Source: an uncultured archaeon (GTDB lineage: Archaea > Asgardarchaeota > Lokiarchaeia > Sigyniarchaeales > SOKP01). From it: 64,000 nt of DNA. The translations under genes and the position numbers were made by a program. The stretch spans positions 30,684 through 94,683 of the forward strand of contig CAYUTF010000003.1 of the NCBI GenBank assembly GCA_964447495.1, written 5' to 3'. The notes beneath the pieces were generated by a model that worked only from the letters and a program-made list of their open reading frames with translations, searched no databases and was not told where the DNA came from. Of this stretch, positions 1-9,145 are shown in pieces. Numbering within the stretch: position 1 is the stretch's first letter; every line of letters starts with the position of its first letter.

Positions 1-97
1 TAAAAGTTCCTCCTTCGATAGCGAAAAAAGCTTTAAAGCCCATAGAAAAAATGTTAAAATATTCATAAGCGCTTGATTACCAACTAAATTTTATAAA

Positions 98-1588
98 TTA
101 AAATTTATCAAAAAATTGAGTAATCCTTAATTGTTTTTTATCATCAAGAAATTGTAAGAAACTAGTCGTTGGTTTTCCATTCCATAATGCACTACTTGAG
201 TTTTTAGTTTCGAACTTCTCAATATCCTTGTGAGTAAAATTATAATTATTCATGTGATCTTTAAGTTTAAAAAGCCACTTTACAAAATTCTTATATAATC
301 TTCCGTTAATTCCCGCTTTCGATTTATGATATTTCTCATAATAGATTTCATCATTTTCGGTATATTCTGTGTAATAACGGAAATTCTGCCCCATCCAAAA
401 AAAGTTTGAAACTGAATCCGAAAAGTCACTAATCCTACAATCAGTTAGTTTAAGCATTTCAAGCGAATTTAAATCTTCAAGGAATTCAGGAATCTTATTT
501 ATATTGATATTACCTGAAAGGTCAAGAGTTTCTAATTTCTTTAATTCCTCGATACCTTCTATTTCTTTTATGTAATTATTTTTTAAATTCAACTTCTTTA
601 GATTTATGAAATTTTCCAGTCCTTTTATCATTGTTATTCTGTTATTACTCAAATCTAATTCTTCAATTGACTCACTAATACTATCTAAACCTTGAATATC
701 TGGAATATGTTCTATCATTTTATTTCTTAAATTTAGAGTATTATCAATAACTAGACCAATTAAATTATTATGATATTTTACAATTTTAAAGTCTAATTCA
801 TCATAATTTATTTGAGCTTTATTTAGGAACTTTAAAAGAGGAAATCCTCTGTAATTCTTGTATTTATTATAGATTAATTCTACGAAATTTCGTCGATAAT
901 TAAATGGAATTTTTTCCATCGCTTTAATTAGGATCAAATATTTGTAAGAAAACTGAAATGTGCCTAAAAATTTCGTTGTTGATTTTTTAATTGAAGAGAT
1001 AGAATCAGGACTATCAATTTCACTAAGGTGGTTAGATACTTTTCTTGAATATTCATCAATACTGGGGAAATCAATATCACCTAAAACACTCTCAAACTCC
1101 TCTTCAGTTAAATAATACAAGTAACCATTTTGGGTTAAAAATCGAACTACAGTTGGATGTCCTGTAGCATACCGAATTGCGATTTCCTCTTTAAATCGAC
1201 TTTTAGCTAAGGGGTCTCCTGCATCTGCTAAAGCTTTAAGCAAAGGAAAAGCTAAATTACGATGAAGTATACGCGTATCATAATTATTATCTGCCCAAGC
1301 TTGAAGATTGGAACAATGACCCCAAAATTCTGTTTCAGGTGGAATTAAGTTATGATTACGCTCCATTTTACGATTCAACTTTGTTGCAGCTTCATCTATT
1401 GATCTGATCTCGTCATATTCTTCTATTTTATCAATAGGAATATTTATTAATAGATACATACACTGTCTAAAAGGTCGATTGTTAACATATATAACAGTTC
1501 TTCTATTTTCTAATTTCAAGCTCATATACTCATTGATTTTGAACTCATTATTTCTGGGTTTGCTTCCTAAACTATTATTGAGAAACAT
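98..1588 (-). CDS. Leucine-rich repeat protein, Lokiarchaeia-type
   Basis: SDS22-like LRRs (IEELDLSNNRITMIKGLENFINLKKLNLKNNYIKEIEGIEELKKLETLDLSGN). N-terminal EFKINEYMSLKLE...EFWGHCSNLQAW...LAFPLLKAL segment that I recall from lokiarchaeal LRR proteins. Confidence 0.85.
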   Translation of the reverse strand: MFLNNSLGSKPRNNEFKINEYMSLKLENRRTVIYVNNRPFRQCMYLLINIPIDKIEEYDEIRSIDEAATKLNRKMERNHNLIPPETEFWGHCSNLQAWADNNYDTRILHRNLAFPLLKALADAGDPLAKSRFKEEIAIRYATGHPTVVRFLTQNGYLYYLTEEEFESVLGDIDFPSIDEYSRKVSNHLSEIDSPDSISSIKKSTTKFLGTFQFSYKYLILIKAMEKIPFNYRRNFVELIYNKYKNYRGFPLLKFLNKAQINYDELDFKIVKYHNNLIGLVIDNTLNLRNKMIEHIPDIQGLDSISESIEELDLSNNRITMIKGLENFINLKKLNLKNNYIKEIEGIEELKKLETLDLSGNININKIPEFLEDLNSLEMLKLTDCRISDFSDSVSNFFWMGQNFRYYTEYTENDEIYYEKYHKSKAGINGRLYKNFVKWLFKLKDHMNNYNFTHKDIEKFETKNSSSALWNGKPTTSFLQFLDDKKQLRITQFFDKF

Positions 1589-1716
1589 GACTAAGAAGAT
1601 GGCAATAAAACAATGAAAAGGGGGATTTTTGTTATTTTTAAGAACTTATTCTTAAATATTAAAAAACAAAGTCTATGTAGATTTTTAAAATTAGATTACA
1701 TAACTAGATTAGATAG

Positions 1717-2820
1717 TCAATCTTCATCTATAGATGAAAGAATATTTAAATTTACATTGATTTTGGCATTATTCAATAATGATTCTTTCAATATCTTTCC
1801 CTCTTTAGATTGAAGTAGCTTCTTTGACTGAGCAACACCCTCCATTAACTTTTCTCGTTCTATATCTAAGAACCCCATATCTATAGCACTTTTTAAGATT
1901 AAATTCAATAATAATAATTGAAATTGATGCTCTATCGCATTCCAAATTAACCCCATTTCTAACAAATGTTCAGATATCTCTTCAGATATGATATCTAAGT
2001 CAAGAACCATACCAGATATATCCTCTTGAAGATTAATAATTTCGTCAAATAATCTGTCTCTAATCAATCTTAGAGTGGTTGTTCCAAGTAAATCTTCTTC
2101 ATGAAAATAGAAATCATTATTTTCACGCTTAATTAGATAAAAACCGAAGTCACTTTGAATTAGTTTAAATCGAGCTAAATAATTTATTGCTTCCTTTGCT
2201 ACCTTGTAGACTTCACAAAATTGATCTAAATTAAGTTTATAGCCTTTAAATTGTTGAGTATCGTCTTTATCAAAACGCCAATACCTGTTTGCTAATGCTC
2301 CTTGACCTAGAATTGAATTGTAGAAAATATAAAATAGAGATAAAAATAGATCCCGATCTTGTTGTAATTCAAAAAAGTTATCTCCTATTTTAGAAACTAT
2401 TCTTACGATGTGAATGATAAAAAGATCTTCGACATTTATCTTCTTGTAAAAATCTATTAAGTCTTCAAGTTTACGAACATTCCCTTTAAGTTGATTAATC
2501 ACAAATAATTCATCTTTCAATCTTAAGGGACCTTCCCCAAGTTTTTCTATGCCTTTATCGGTGATAACATAACTTTGATATTGTTTATTTGAGTTTTTAT
2601 CAGTTATAATTTTTTGTTCCACATATTGATTTTTACTATGGAGTCTGAGATACTTAGACACAGTGGATCGACTTAAATTTGAATATTTCACTATATTTGT
2701 AAATCTTTGTGGACCTAAATTTCTTAAAATAAATAAAATTCTCCGACTGTTGTCTGCGATATTACTCGATTTCTTTAATAAATCATTTTTCAATTTCTTT
2801 GAGATATTCCAACTCTCCAT
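1717..2820 (-). CDS. Winged helix-turn-helix transcriptional regulator (ArsR/MarR-like N-terminus)
   Basis: RILFILRNLGPQRFTNIVKYSNLSRSTVSKYLRLH...YVITDKG wHTH signature, followed by a long helical C-terminal region. Confidence 0.75.
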   Translation of the reverse strand: MESWNISKKLKNDLLKKSSNIADNSRRILFILRNLGPQRFTNIVKYSNLSRSTVSKYLRLHSKNQYVEQKIITDKNSNKQYQSYVITDKGIEKLGEGPLRLKDELFVINQLKGNVRKLEDLIDFYKKINVEDLFIIHIVRIVSKIGDNFFELQQDRDLFLSLFYIFYNSILGQGALANRYWRFDKDDTQQFKGYKLNLDQFCEVYKVAKEAINYLARFKLIQSDFGFYLIKRENNDFYFHEEDLLGTTTLRLIRDRLFDEIINLQEDISGMVLDLDIISEEISEHLLEMGLIWNAIEHQFQLLLLNLILKSAIDMGFLDIEREKLMEGVAQSKKLLQSKEGKILKESLLNNAKINVNLNILSSIDED

Positions 2821-3071
2821 AATTACTTAATATTAGTACAATAATATAAATTTGTACTTTTTCTCTATACTTAGACTAAATTAACAATATGTTACCTTTT
2901 GTTTTCAATTTGGTATAAAATCACAACTCTATTCTAAGTAACTATTAAAGTCGGAATATATGAAAAAAAATCGTAAAAGTGTAGTAAAATATAAATTTTA
3001 GTAAATAAAACTGTATATCGAACCTATAAAATGAAGATAAAGAGAAAGTATTAAAAAAGTGAAGGAATAAA

Positions 3072-3257
3072 ATGACGATAAACTCTCCAAATATAAATGA
3101 AAGAATTAGAAAAATTGAAGAACGATTAGAAAGAATTGAAGCAAGACTTTCAGATATCGAAAATCGGTTGGGACGTTTTCCAGTTAGACCAGACCCTCAT
3201 CCGGGACCACATCCCCCCGGACCGCCAGCTCCTCCCCTCGAACCATTTCGATTTTAA
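3072..3257 (+). CDS. Small coiled-coil protein with proline-rich tail
   Basis: Heptads IRKIEERLERIEARLSDIENRL, then PDPHPGPHPPGPPAPP. GTGAAGGA just upstream of the ATG. Confidence 0.7.
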   Translation: MTINSPNINERIRKIEERLERIEARLSDIENRLGRFPVRPDPHPGPHPPGPPAPPLEPFRF

Positions 3258-3274
3258 TTGGATTTATTAGACTT

Positions 3275-3294
3275 TGGTTTATTTCATTAAACCA
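3275..3294. other. Short inverted repeat (possible hairpin/terminator or operator)
   Basis: TGGTTTA-tttcat-TAAACCA just after the stop at 3257. Confidence 0.3.
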
Positions 3295-3317
3295 TAGACC
3301 TTAAGTAAAAATTTTAA

Positions 3318-3338
3318 GATATCTATAGTATAGATATC
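3318..3338. promoter_or_regulatory. Perfect palindrome, putative operator of the ubiquitin-like gene
   Basis: GATATCTATA-G-TATAGATATC (10-bp arms), abutting AAAAA-TTTTAAG (BRE/TATA-like), 30 nt before ATG 3369. Confidence 0.5.
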
Positions 3339-3368
3339 AAATTTTATATAAAAAAGGTATGATTATAT

Positions 3369-3620
3369 ATGACCCAATATCGATTTAGATTAACAGGTGT
3401 ACCTCCAGATCAAGCAATAAAATTGATAGAGGTAGATCCGAATCAGTCCATAGCAGAGATCAAGAAAACTGTTCAACGAGAATATAAGCTCAACCCGATC
3501 CTAGCAATCCAATTTATATTTAAGGGTAAAGTTTTACCCGATAGTCTAAAATTTGCTAAGGTGGGAATTCATCCAAAGAAAGATGTCATTACTGTTATGG
3601 CAACGCAAGCAGGAGGATAA
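3369..3620 (+). CDS. Ubiquitin-like (beta-grasp) protein with C-terminal Gly-Gly
   Basis: 83 aa; IQFIFKGKVLPD matches ubiquitin RLIFAGKQLED; ends in QAGG-stop; T-rich tract follows. Confidence 0.9.
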   Translation: MTQYRFRLTGVPPDQAIKLIEVDPNQSIAEIKKTVQREYKLNPILAIQFIFKGKVLPDSLKFAKVGIHPKKDVITVMATQAGG

Positions 3621-3711
3621 GCTTTATCCTTAGTTTTTTTCTTATTTTTTATTTTAATATATTATTTGATAAATTCTAAATTTTTTTAAATTGTTAAAGA
3701 TAAGTTTTCGT

Positions 3712-4935
3712 ATGGCAAATACCACAAAAATATCAATTCAAAAGATTCAACATGAAGATGTGGAAAGAGCTGTCTTTAAAGCGCTCGAAATGATAAATGC
3801 TAAAGAGTTGATGAATAAGACCGGAATGACAGTAGTCTTAAAGCCCAATCTTTTAATGGGAAAGCCTCCCGAAAGAGCTGTAAATACACATCCTGAAATA
3901 CTCCGTTCGGTCATTCATTGGGTAAAGCAATTTAGCCCTTCAAAAATTTATGTATGTGATTCGTCTGGAGGCCAAAAACCCGGAACGACAGAAGTCGCAA
4001 TGAGCGATAGTGGGATTGATATTGTATGCGATGAGGAGAGTGTAGAATGTATTCCTTTTGAGAAGACAGAGAGAGTAATTTATAAGGTTGATAATCCCCT
4101 TGAGCTTTATGAGTTTTCAAGCTCATATTTGTTAAAGGAAGCAGACCTTATAATTAATCTTCCAAAAATTAAGACTCATGGGCAATGTACTCTTACTTGT
4201 TGCATTAAAAATATGTTTGGAACGATGCTTCTTGCAAATAAAACAAAAACCCACGCACAAGCAGCTACCTTAGATCGTTTTACATCTGCCTTAGCAGATA
4301 TCTACTCAGTTTCTAAACCCCAATTAACGGTTATTGATGGTTACTATGCTATGGAAGGTCAGGGACCTTCAAGCGGCGATCCAGTTAAAATGGATATCAT
4401 TTTAGCGGGTTATGATGGTGTAGCGTTAGATAGAACTGTATGTGATATAATTGGGTTTAATCCTTCGGAAATACTTTATTTAGCGAAAGCTGAACAGAAA
4501 AATCTGGGAACAACAGATATTTCTCAAATTGAATATTTAGGGGAGAGTGTTGAGAGTGTTAAAAGAAAGTTTATACCCCCAAAAATAAGACCTATTTCTA
4601 TGCCTTTGCCAAAATGGCTAGCAAATTATGTAGGACGTACCATCTTTAAGGCAACGGTTAAATTTAATCGCGATAAATGTAAATTATGTTCCACATGTTG
4701 GACTAATTGTCCAGTTGGAGCAATTACTCCTCCAGAGATTTTAAAAAAGGGTAATATCCCGAAGTGGGATAAAAAGAAATGCATTACGTGTTTTTGTTGT
4801 GTGGAGTTATGCCCTTATGAGGCCGTCAATTTTAAGATAAATTATGTAAAAAACGCTTTATTTAGTTGGGCTTGTTTAGGATTTCTATCAATATTCACTT
4901 TAATTACGTTATTGATCTTATGGCTCATTCAATAA
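3712..4935 (+). CDS. DUF362-family protein with 2x[4Fe-4S] ferredoxin domain and C-terminal TM helix
   Basis: VVLKPNLL, NTHPE, INLPKIKTH, IKNMFG, MEGQGP; CKLCSTCWTNCP and CITCFCCVELCP; hydrophobic tail. ATG 3712 preferred over TTG 3691. Confidence 0.85.
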   Translation: MANTTKISIQKIQHEDVERAVFKALEMINAKELMNKTGMTVVLKPNLLMGKPPERAVNTHPEILRSVIHWVKQFSPSKIYVCDSSGGQKPGTTEVAMSDSGIDIVCDEESVECIPFEKTERVIYKVDNPLELYEFSSSYLLKEADLIINLPKIKTHGQCTLTCCIKNMFGTMLLANKTKTHAQAATLDRFTSALADIYSVSKPQLTVIDGYYAMEGQGPSSGDPVKMDIILAGYDGVALDRTVCDIIGFNPSEILYLAKAEQKNLGTTDISQIEYLGESVESVKRKFIPPKIRPISMPLPKWLANYVGRTIFKATVKFNRDKCKLCSTCWTNCPVGAITPPEILKKGNIPKWDKKKCITCFCCVELCPYEAVNFKINYVKNALFSWACLGFLSIFTLITLLILWLIQ

Positions 4936-4950
4936 TGGAGGCTAAATAAA

Positions 4951-5136
4951 GTGGCGTGGGGCGGTTCTTTAAATAAGGATGGGTCTGATCATATAAGAAA
5001 ATTGAAAGAGGTAGAAAAAATACTTATTTTCTTAGAAAACTTTCAAAAATCCTTAAAGGATGAGGATTGCAAAAAAGTTTCTGAAGTGATAGATATTATT
5101 ACTGATTATTTTAAAGAACAATTTGAAAAGGATTAA
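4951..5136 (+). CDS. Small hypothetical protein
   Basis: GGAGG before GTG start; fills the gap between neighbouring genes; amphipathic helical sequence. Confidence 0.55.
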   Translation: MAWGGSLNKDGSDHIRKLKEVEKILIFLENFQKSLKDEDCKKVSEVIDIITDYFKEQFEKD

Positions 5137-5139
5137 TTC

Positions 5140-5712
5140 CTATGTTAAAGACGCAATTAATTTTTTAATCATCTCAATAATAACATCGGCAGACATTTGA
5201 AGGGTATCCGTCAAATGGATTTCAAAAAATGGCAGATCAATATTATAATTGAGTTCTTCTATACTTAATTCATCGTTCTTAAATTGTTTGAGTTCAGTAA
5301 ACCCTTCAAGGCTTTCAGGTACAAACCCAATCATGAAAACTTCCAAATTATTCAATTTATTGACTAATAAATCTATAACAATATGAACTGGAATGGTATG
5401 TGTAGATATAGGAATATATTCACTTAAATTTTCACGTTCTAAGATGCTGATTGTTCCAGGTTCTTCTTTTAATGTACAAGTGTCTAAAAGAACTAAATGA
5501 GATGGTTTAAATTCTAGAATATCGTCGATTCTAGCCATAGGATCGATTCCTGCATTTATAAATAAAAACTTTTGATTGGACAAGTGGAGAAGTTCGCTTA
5601 TGATATATGGTCCTACTCCATCATCGCTCAATTTTTCTTCTCCAATCCCCATAAAGACTATTTTTGAAGCTCCTTTTAGCTTATTAAGGATTTTTTGATA
5701 TAAATGTTCCAT
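5140..5712 (-). CDS. Hydrogenase maturation protease (HycI-like)
   Basis: MGIGEEKLSDDGVG, LVLLD, STHTIP motifs. Confidence 0.8.
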   Translation of the reverse strand: MEHLYQKILNKLKGASKIVFMGIGEEKLSDDGVGPYIISELLHLSNQKFLFINAGIDPMARIDDILEFKPSHLVLLDTCTLKEEPGTISILERENLSEYIPISTHTIPVHIVIDLLVNKLNNLEVFMIGFVPESLEGFTELKQFKNDELSIEELNYNIDLPFFEIHLTDTLQMSADVIIEMIKKLIASLT

Positions 5713-5846
5713 ATCTATTTTTATAATTATTTATAATAAATTAATTTTAAGGAATTTTCCCTATCTATTAGAATTTAAGTTTAGCAAATGATTATTAATT
5801 AAATAACCAAGGAAAATCTTTTATTTTGCTATAGTTTGATTTTATT

Positions 5847-6728
5847 ATGTTATTAAAAGGAAAAAACATTATTATTACCGGCTCTGGGAGAGGGATTGGG
5901 AAAGCGGTTGCAATTGCTTGTGCAAAAGAGGGGGCTAATCTTGGCTTAATCTCGCGTAGTTTAGAGGAGATTAACCAAACTAAAGAAGAAATTAAATCAA
6001 TGAGCATATCAACGAAAGTAATTGTAAAAGCTGCAGATGTTACAAATTATGATGACTTATTAAAAACATTTAAGGTATTTTATGAGGAATTAGGCCCTTT
6101 CAATGGAATTATCGCAAATGCAGGATATTCTCGGATGTGGGCAACACATGAATTTGAGAACGAGAAATTTTCTCAAATTTTGAACATAAATATCTTAGGC
6201 GTATTTTATACTTTTAAAGCTGCTTATGAATTGATGAAAAAAGACGATAAAAAAGATAAAGCCCGTTTTATAATAACGGGAAGTGAAGCATATCCAAATG
6301 CGCCATCGAGACTTACAGCATACGTTGCTAGTAAATTTGCTGTTGTAGGGATGCAAAAAGCAATGGCATCAGAATATAAAAGAGAGAATATCACATTTAA
6401 TATGATATTGCCAACACAAGTAGATACACGATTATTGAGAGGAAAAAGCGCCGGAGATGGAAATAAACCTGCTCATGTCTTAAATCCCTGGGATTTAAAC
6501 GAATATTTTCTCTTTCTATTAAGTGATTATGCCAACAGAGTTGATGATGCTCTTATCTTTACATATGATATCAATGAAGCAAAAAAATTATTAAGTGAAG
6601 CTCCAACAGAAAAAAAACAAAATTGGGATGTATTTAAGGATTATTTGGAAGAAAAAGCACCAGAACTTTATGAAAAAGTTAGAAATCTTGGAAAATTGAT
6701 AGATTTCATTATTCTAAGAGAAAAATAA
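5847..6728 (+). CDS. SDR family oxidoreductase
   Basis: TGSGRGIG, NAG and catalytic YVASK. Confidence 0.92.
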   Translation: MLLKGKNIIITGSGRGIGKAVAIACAKEGANLGLISRSLEEINQTKEEIKSMSISTKVIVKAADVTNYDDLLKTFKVFYEELGPFNGIIANAGYSRMWATHEFENEKFSQILNINILGVFYTFKAAYELMKKDDKKDKARFIITGSEAYPNAPSRLTAYVASKFAVVGMQKAMASEYKRENITFNMILPTQVDTRLLRGKSAGDGNKPAHVLNPWDLNEYFLFLLSDYANRVDDALIFTYDINEAKKLLSEAPTEKKQNWDVFKDYLEEKAPELYEKVRNLGKLIDFIILREK

Positions 6729-6829
6729 CAGAAATTGAAAGCATATCGGTCCCATTTAATTTAAAGTATATCATCTTTTCCCAATATAATTAAATTCATT
6801 AGAAAGAAATTATTATATTCTAATAGGAA

Positions 6830-7447
6830 ATGACAGAAAAAGCTAATGAAAAGACGGAAAAAACTCAATTTGAGGCAATTATTGAAGATGAAAAAGTCTT
6901 TATCTTTGATAAAAATGCCATAGAAGAATTTTACAAAAGTTCTTATATTGGAATATTAGAAACATCTGATAATGATGATGTGAAATTAATTTTAGACCCT
7001 ACGGAAGTTCTTCTTTTATGTGAAAGAAACAGAATTTTAATATGGAAAGATAATGATAAAACAAAGGAATTGTATGATTTTGAAAGTTTATTAACCTATT
7101 TCACTCATTTTGACCAAAGATTATGGCAAAAATATATAATATACATGGATTTACGAAAAAGAGGGTATATTGTGAGAGCAGGATATGGTGAAGGAATCGA
7201 TTTTCTTGTTTATAAACGAGGATCGGATTTTGAAACAGATTCTGCAAAATTCTTGATTTATCCTGTTTTTGAGGGAGATCCAGTCGAACTAAAGGAGTTA
7301 GATAGGATGTCACGAGTAGCTTTAAGTTCTCGCAAGGACTTAATTGTTGCTACTGTAGACAGATTGAGTAAGCCAATTTATTATAGTGTAAACAAATTTG
7401 AAATTATTAATAAAATAAATATAAATGAAGAAGAATATGCCCGATAA
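6830..7447 (+). CDS. endA: tRNA splicing endonuclease subunit (catalytic His apparently missing)
   Basis: KYIIYMDLRKRGYIVRAGYGEGIDFLVYKRG and RVALSSRKDLIVA match the EndA fold. Confidence 0.8.
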   Translation: MTEKANEKTEKTQFEAIIEDEKVFIFDKNAIEEFYKSSYIGILETSDNDDVKLILDPTEVLLLCERNRILIWKDNDKTKELYDFESLLTYFTHFDQRLWQKYIIYMDLRKRGYIVRAGYGEGIDFLVYKRGSDFETDSAKFLIYPVFEGDPVELKELDRMSRVALSSRKDLIVATVDRLSKPIYYSVNKFEIINKININEEEYAR

Positions 7448-9095
7448 ATTTGCATGTGATACTTCTGTTATATTTAACGGTCTTATCATAGATTTAATAG
7501 AAGATGGCGAATTAGGAGACCATCCCGCGATTTTCATATCGAATATTGTAGTGGCTGAAATTGAATATCGAACAAATATTCAAAAGGAAATTGGATTCTA
7601 TGGATTAAATGTATTAAAAAAATTACGACAATTTCATAATGATGGAATAATTACCCTCCATGTCGTTGGACATCGTCCTACTCGAGAAGAGATAAAAATG
7701 GCACCCGGGGGCGAATTAGATGCACTGATTCGAGAAAGTGCTGGTGAGAATCATGCGATCTTGATAACTGCTGACAAGATCCAAGGTGATGTGGCCATAT
7801 TTGAAGGAATTGAAGTAATGCCAATAAAGGAGAAAGTGATACATAAAGAAATTCCTCCCAAATCTTTAATGATTATGAGTTTTTTTGATGAAGATACGAT
7901 GAGCATACATCTAAAAACAGGTTTACCTGCTTATGCTAAAAAGGGGAGCCCTGGAAACTGGTATATGGAAGATGTAGCTGAGGAAATCATTGATAAGAAA
8001 AAAATTGAAGATATTGCTTTAGAAATTATCGAATATGTGCGTGAAGATCCCCACTCTTTTGTAGAAATTGAAAAGTATGGAGCCGTAGTAACTCAACTAC
8101 GTGATTTACGAATTGTGATAACCCGTCCCCCATTTTCTAACGATGTTGAGATTACAGCAGTCAAACCTCTCGTTAATTTCACTTTGGAAGATTATTCATT
8201 AGATAAACGAATTAGAAGAAGATTAGAGAAAGCAGAAGGCATCTTAGTTTCAGGATCTCCGGGTGCAGGAAAAAGCACGTTTTCAGCAGCCTTAGCTAAT
8301 TATTATTCAGAACAAAACAAAGTTGTTAAAACGTTAGAAAGTGTAAGGGATTTGCAAGTGAACCCAAAAATTACACAATATACAAAGTTAGAGGGGAGTT
8401 TAGAAAATTCGGCAGATATTCTCCTTCTTGTGAGACCGGACTACACAATTTTTGATGAAGTACGAACTACCAAAGATTTTCAAATATTTGCGGATTTTAG
8501 GTTATCTGGTGTAGGTATGGTAGGTGTTGTTCATTCATCTTCGGCTATAGATGCGATACAAAGATTTATTGGTCGCATTGAACTTGGTATGCTTCCATCA
8601 ATAATAGATACGATTATATTTATTGAAAAGGGTGATGTATCAACAGTTCTTGCATTGAAAATGACAGTTAAAGTACCACATGGCTTTCGAGATAAGGATT
8701 TAGCCCGACCTGTCGTGGAAGTGAGAGATTATTTAACCAAAAAATTAGAGTTTGAGTTGTATTCCTTTGGACAAGATATTGTAGTCAATCCAATAAATCC
8801 ATCAAAATCCAAAAGAGATATGAATAGTTCAGATGATAATCTTAAACTTGATAAATGGCAAAACAGTGGTGATAAAATTCCTTTAGATATTATTGAATTT
8901 AAGAAAAAAGTTATCATTCGTGCTGATGAAGAATATGCGAGTAGAAATATTAATGTATATGCTGATAAACGTATTATTTTTAGCGGTTCATTAAGTAGAA
9001 GTGCTGAAATATCACTTTCTTTAACCAATAGAGATGCAAAACAAGTATCAAAAGAATTAAAGAAGAATTCTGAAATCTATGGAATTTTAAAATAA
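7425..9095 (+). CDS. PIN-domain ATPase (PINA-like)
   Basis: PIN motifs DTSV and DALIR; Walker A GSPGAGKS; LLVRPDYTIFDEVR; DFRLSGVGMVGVVH. Start may be 7437. Confidence 0.88.
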   Translation: MKKNMPDKFACDTSVIFNGLIIDLIEDGELGDHPAIFISNIVVAEIEYRTNIQKEIGFYGLNVLKKLRQFHNDGIITLHVVGHRPTREEIKMAPGGELDALIRESAGENHAILITADKIQGDVAIFEGIEVMPIKEKVIHKEIPPKSLMIMSFFDEDTMSIHLKTGLPAYAKKGSPGNWYMEDVAEEIIDKKKIEDIALEIIEYVREDPHSFVEIEKYGAVVTQLRDLRIVITRPPFSNDVEITAVKPLVNFTLEDYSLDKRIRRRLEKAEGILVSGSPGAGKSTFSAALANYYSEQNKVVKTLESVRDLQVNPKITQYTKLEGSLENSADILLLVRPDYTIFDEVRTTKDFQIFADFRLSGVGMVGVVHSSSAIDAIQRFIGRIELGMLPSIIDTIIFIEKGDVSTVLALKMTVKVPHGFRDKDLARPVVEVRDYLTKKLEFELYSFGQDIVVNPINPSKSKRDMNSSDDNLKLDKWQNSGDKIPLDIIEFKKKVIIRADEEYASRNINVYADKRIIFSGSLSRSAEISLSLTNRDAKQVSKELKKNSEIYGILK

Positions 9096-9145
9096 CGATT
9101 TATTCATTACCAACATTTGGAAATTTGTATCTTTTCTCAGTTTGA

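Noticed and set aside
1-66. Partial minus-strand gene starting near the left edge
   Set aside because: Two possible ATGs in different frames and at most 22 codons; cannot be supported.
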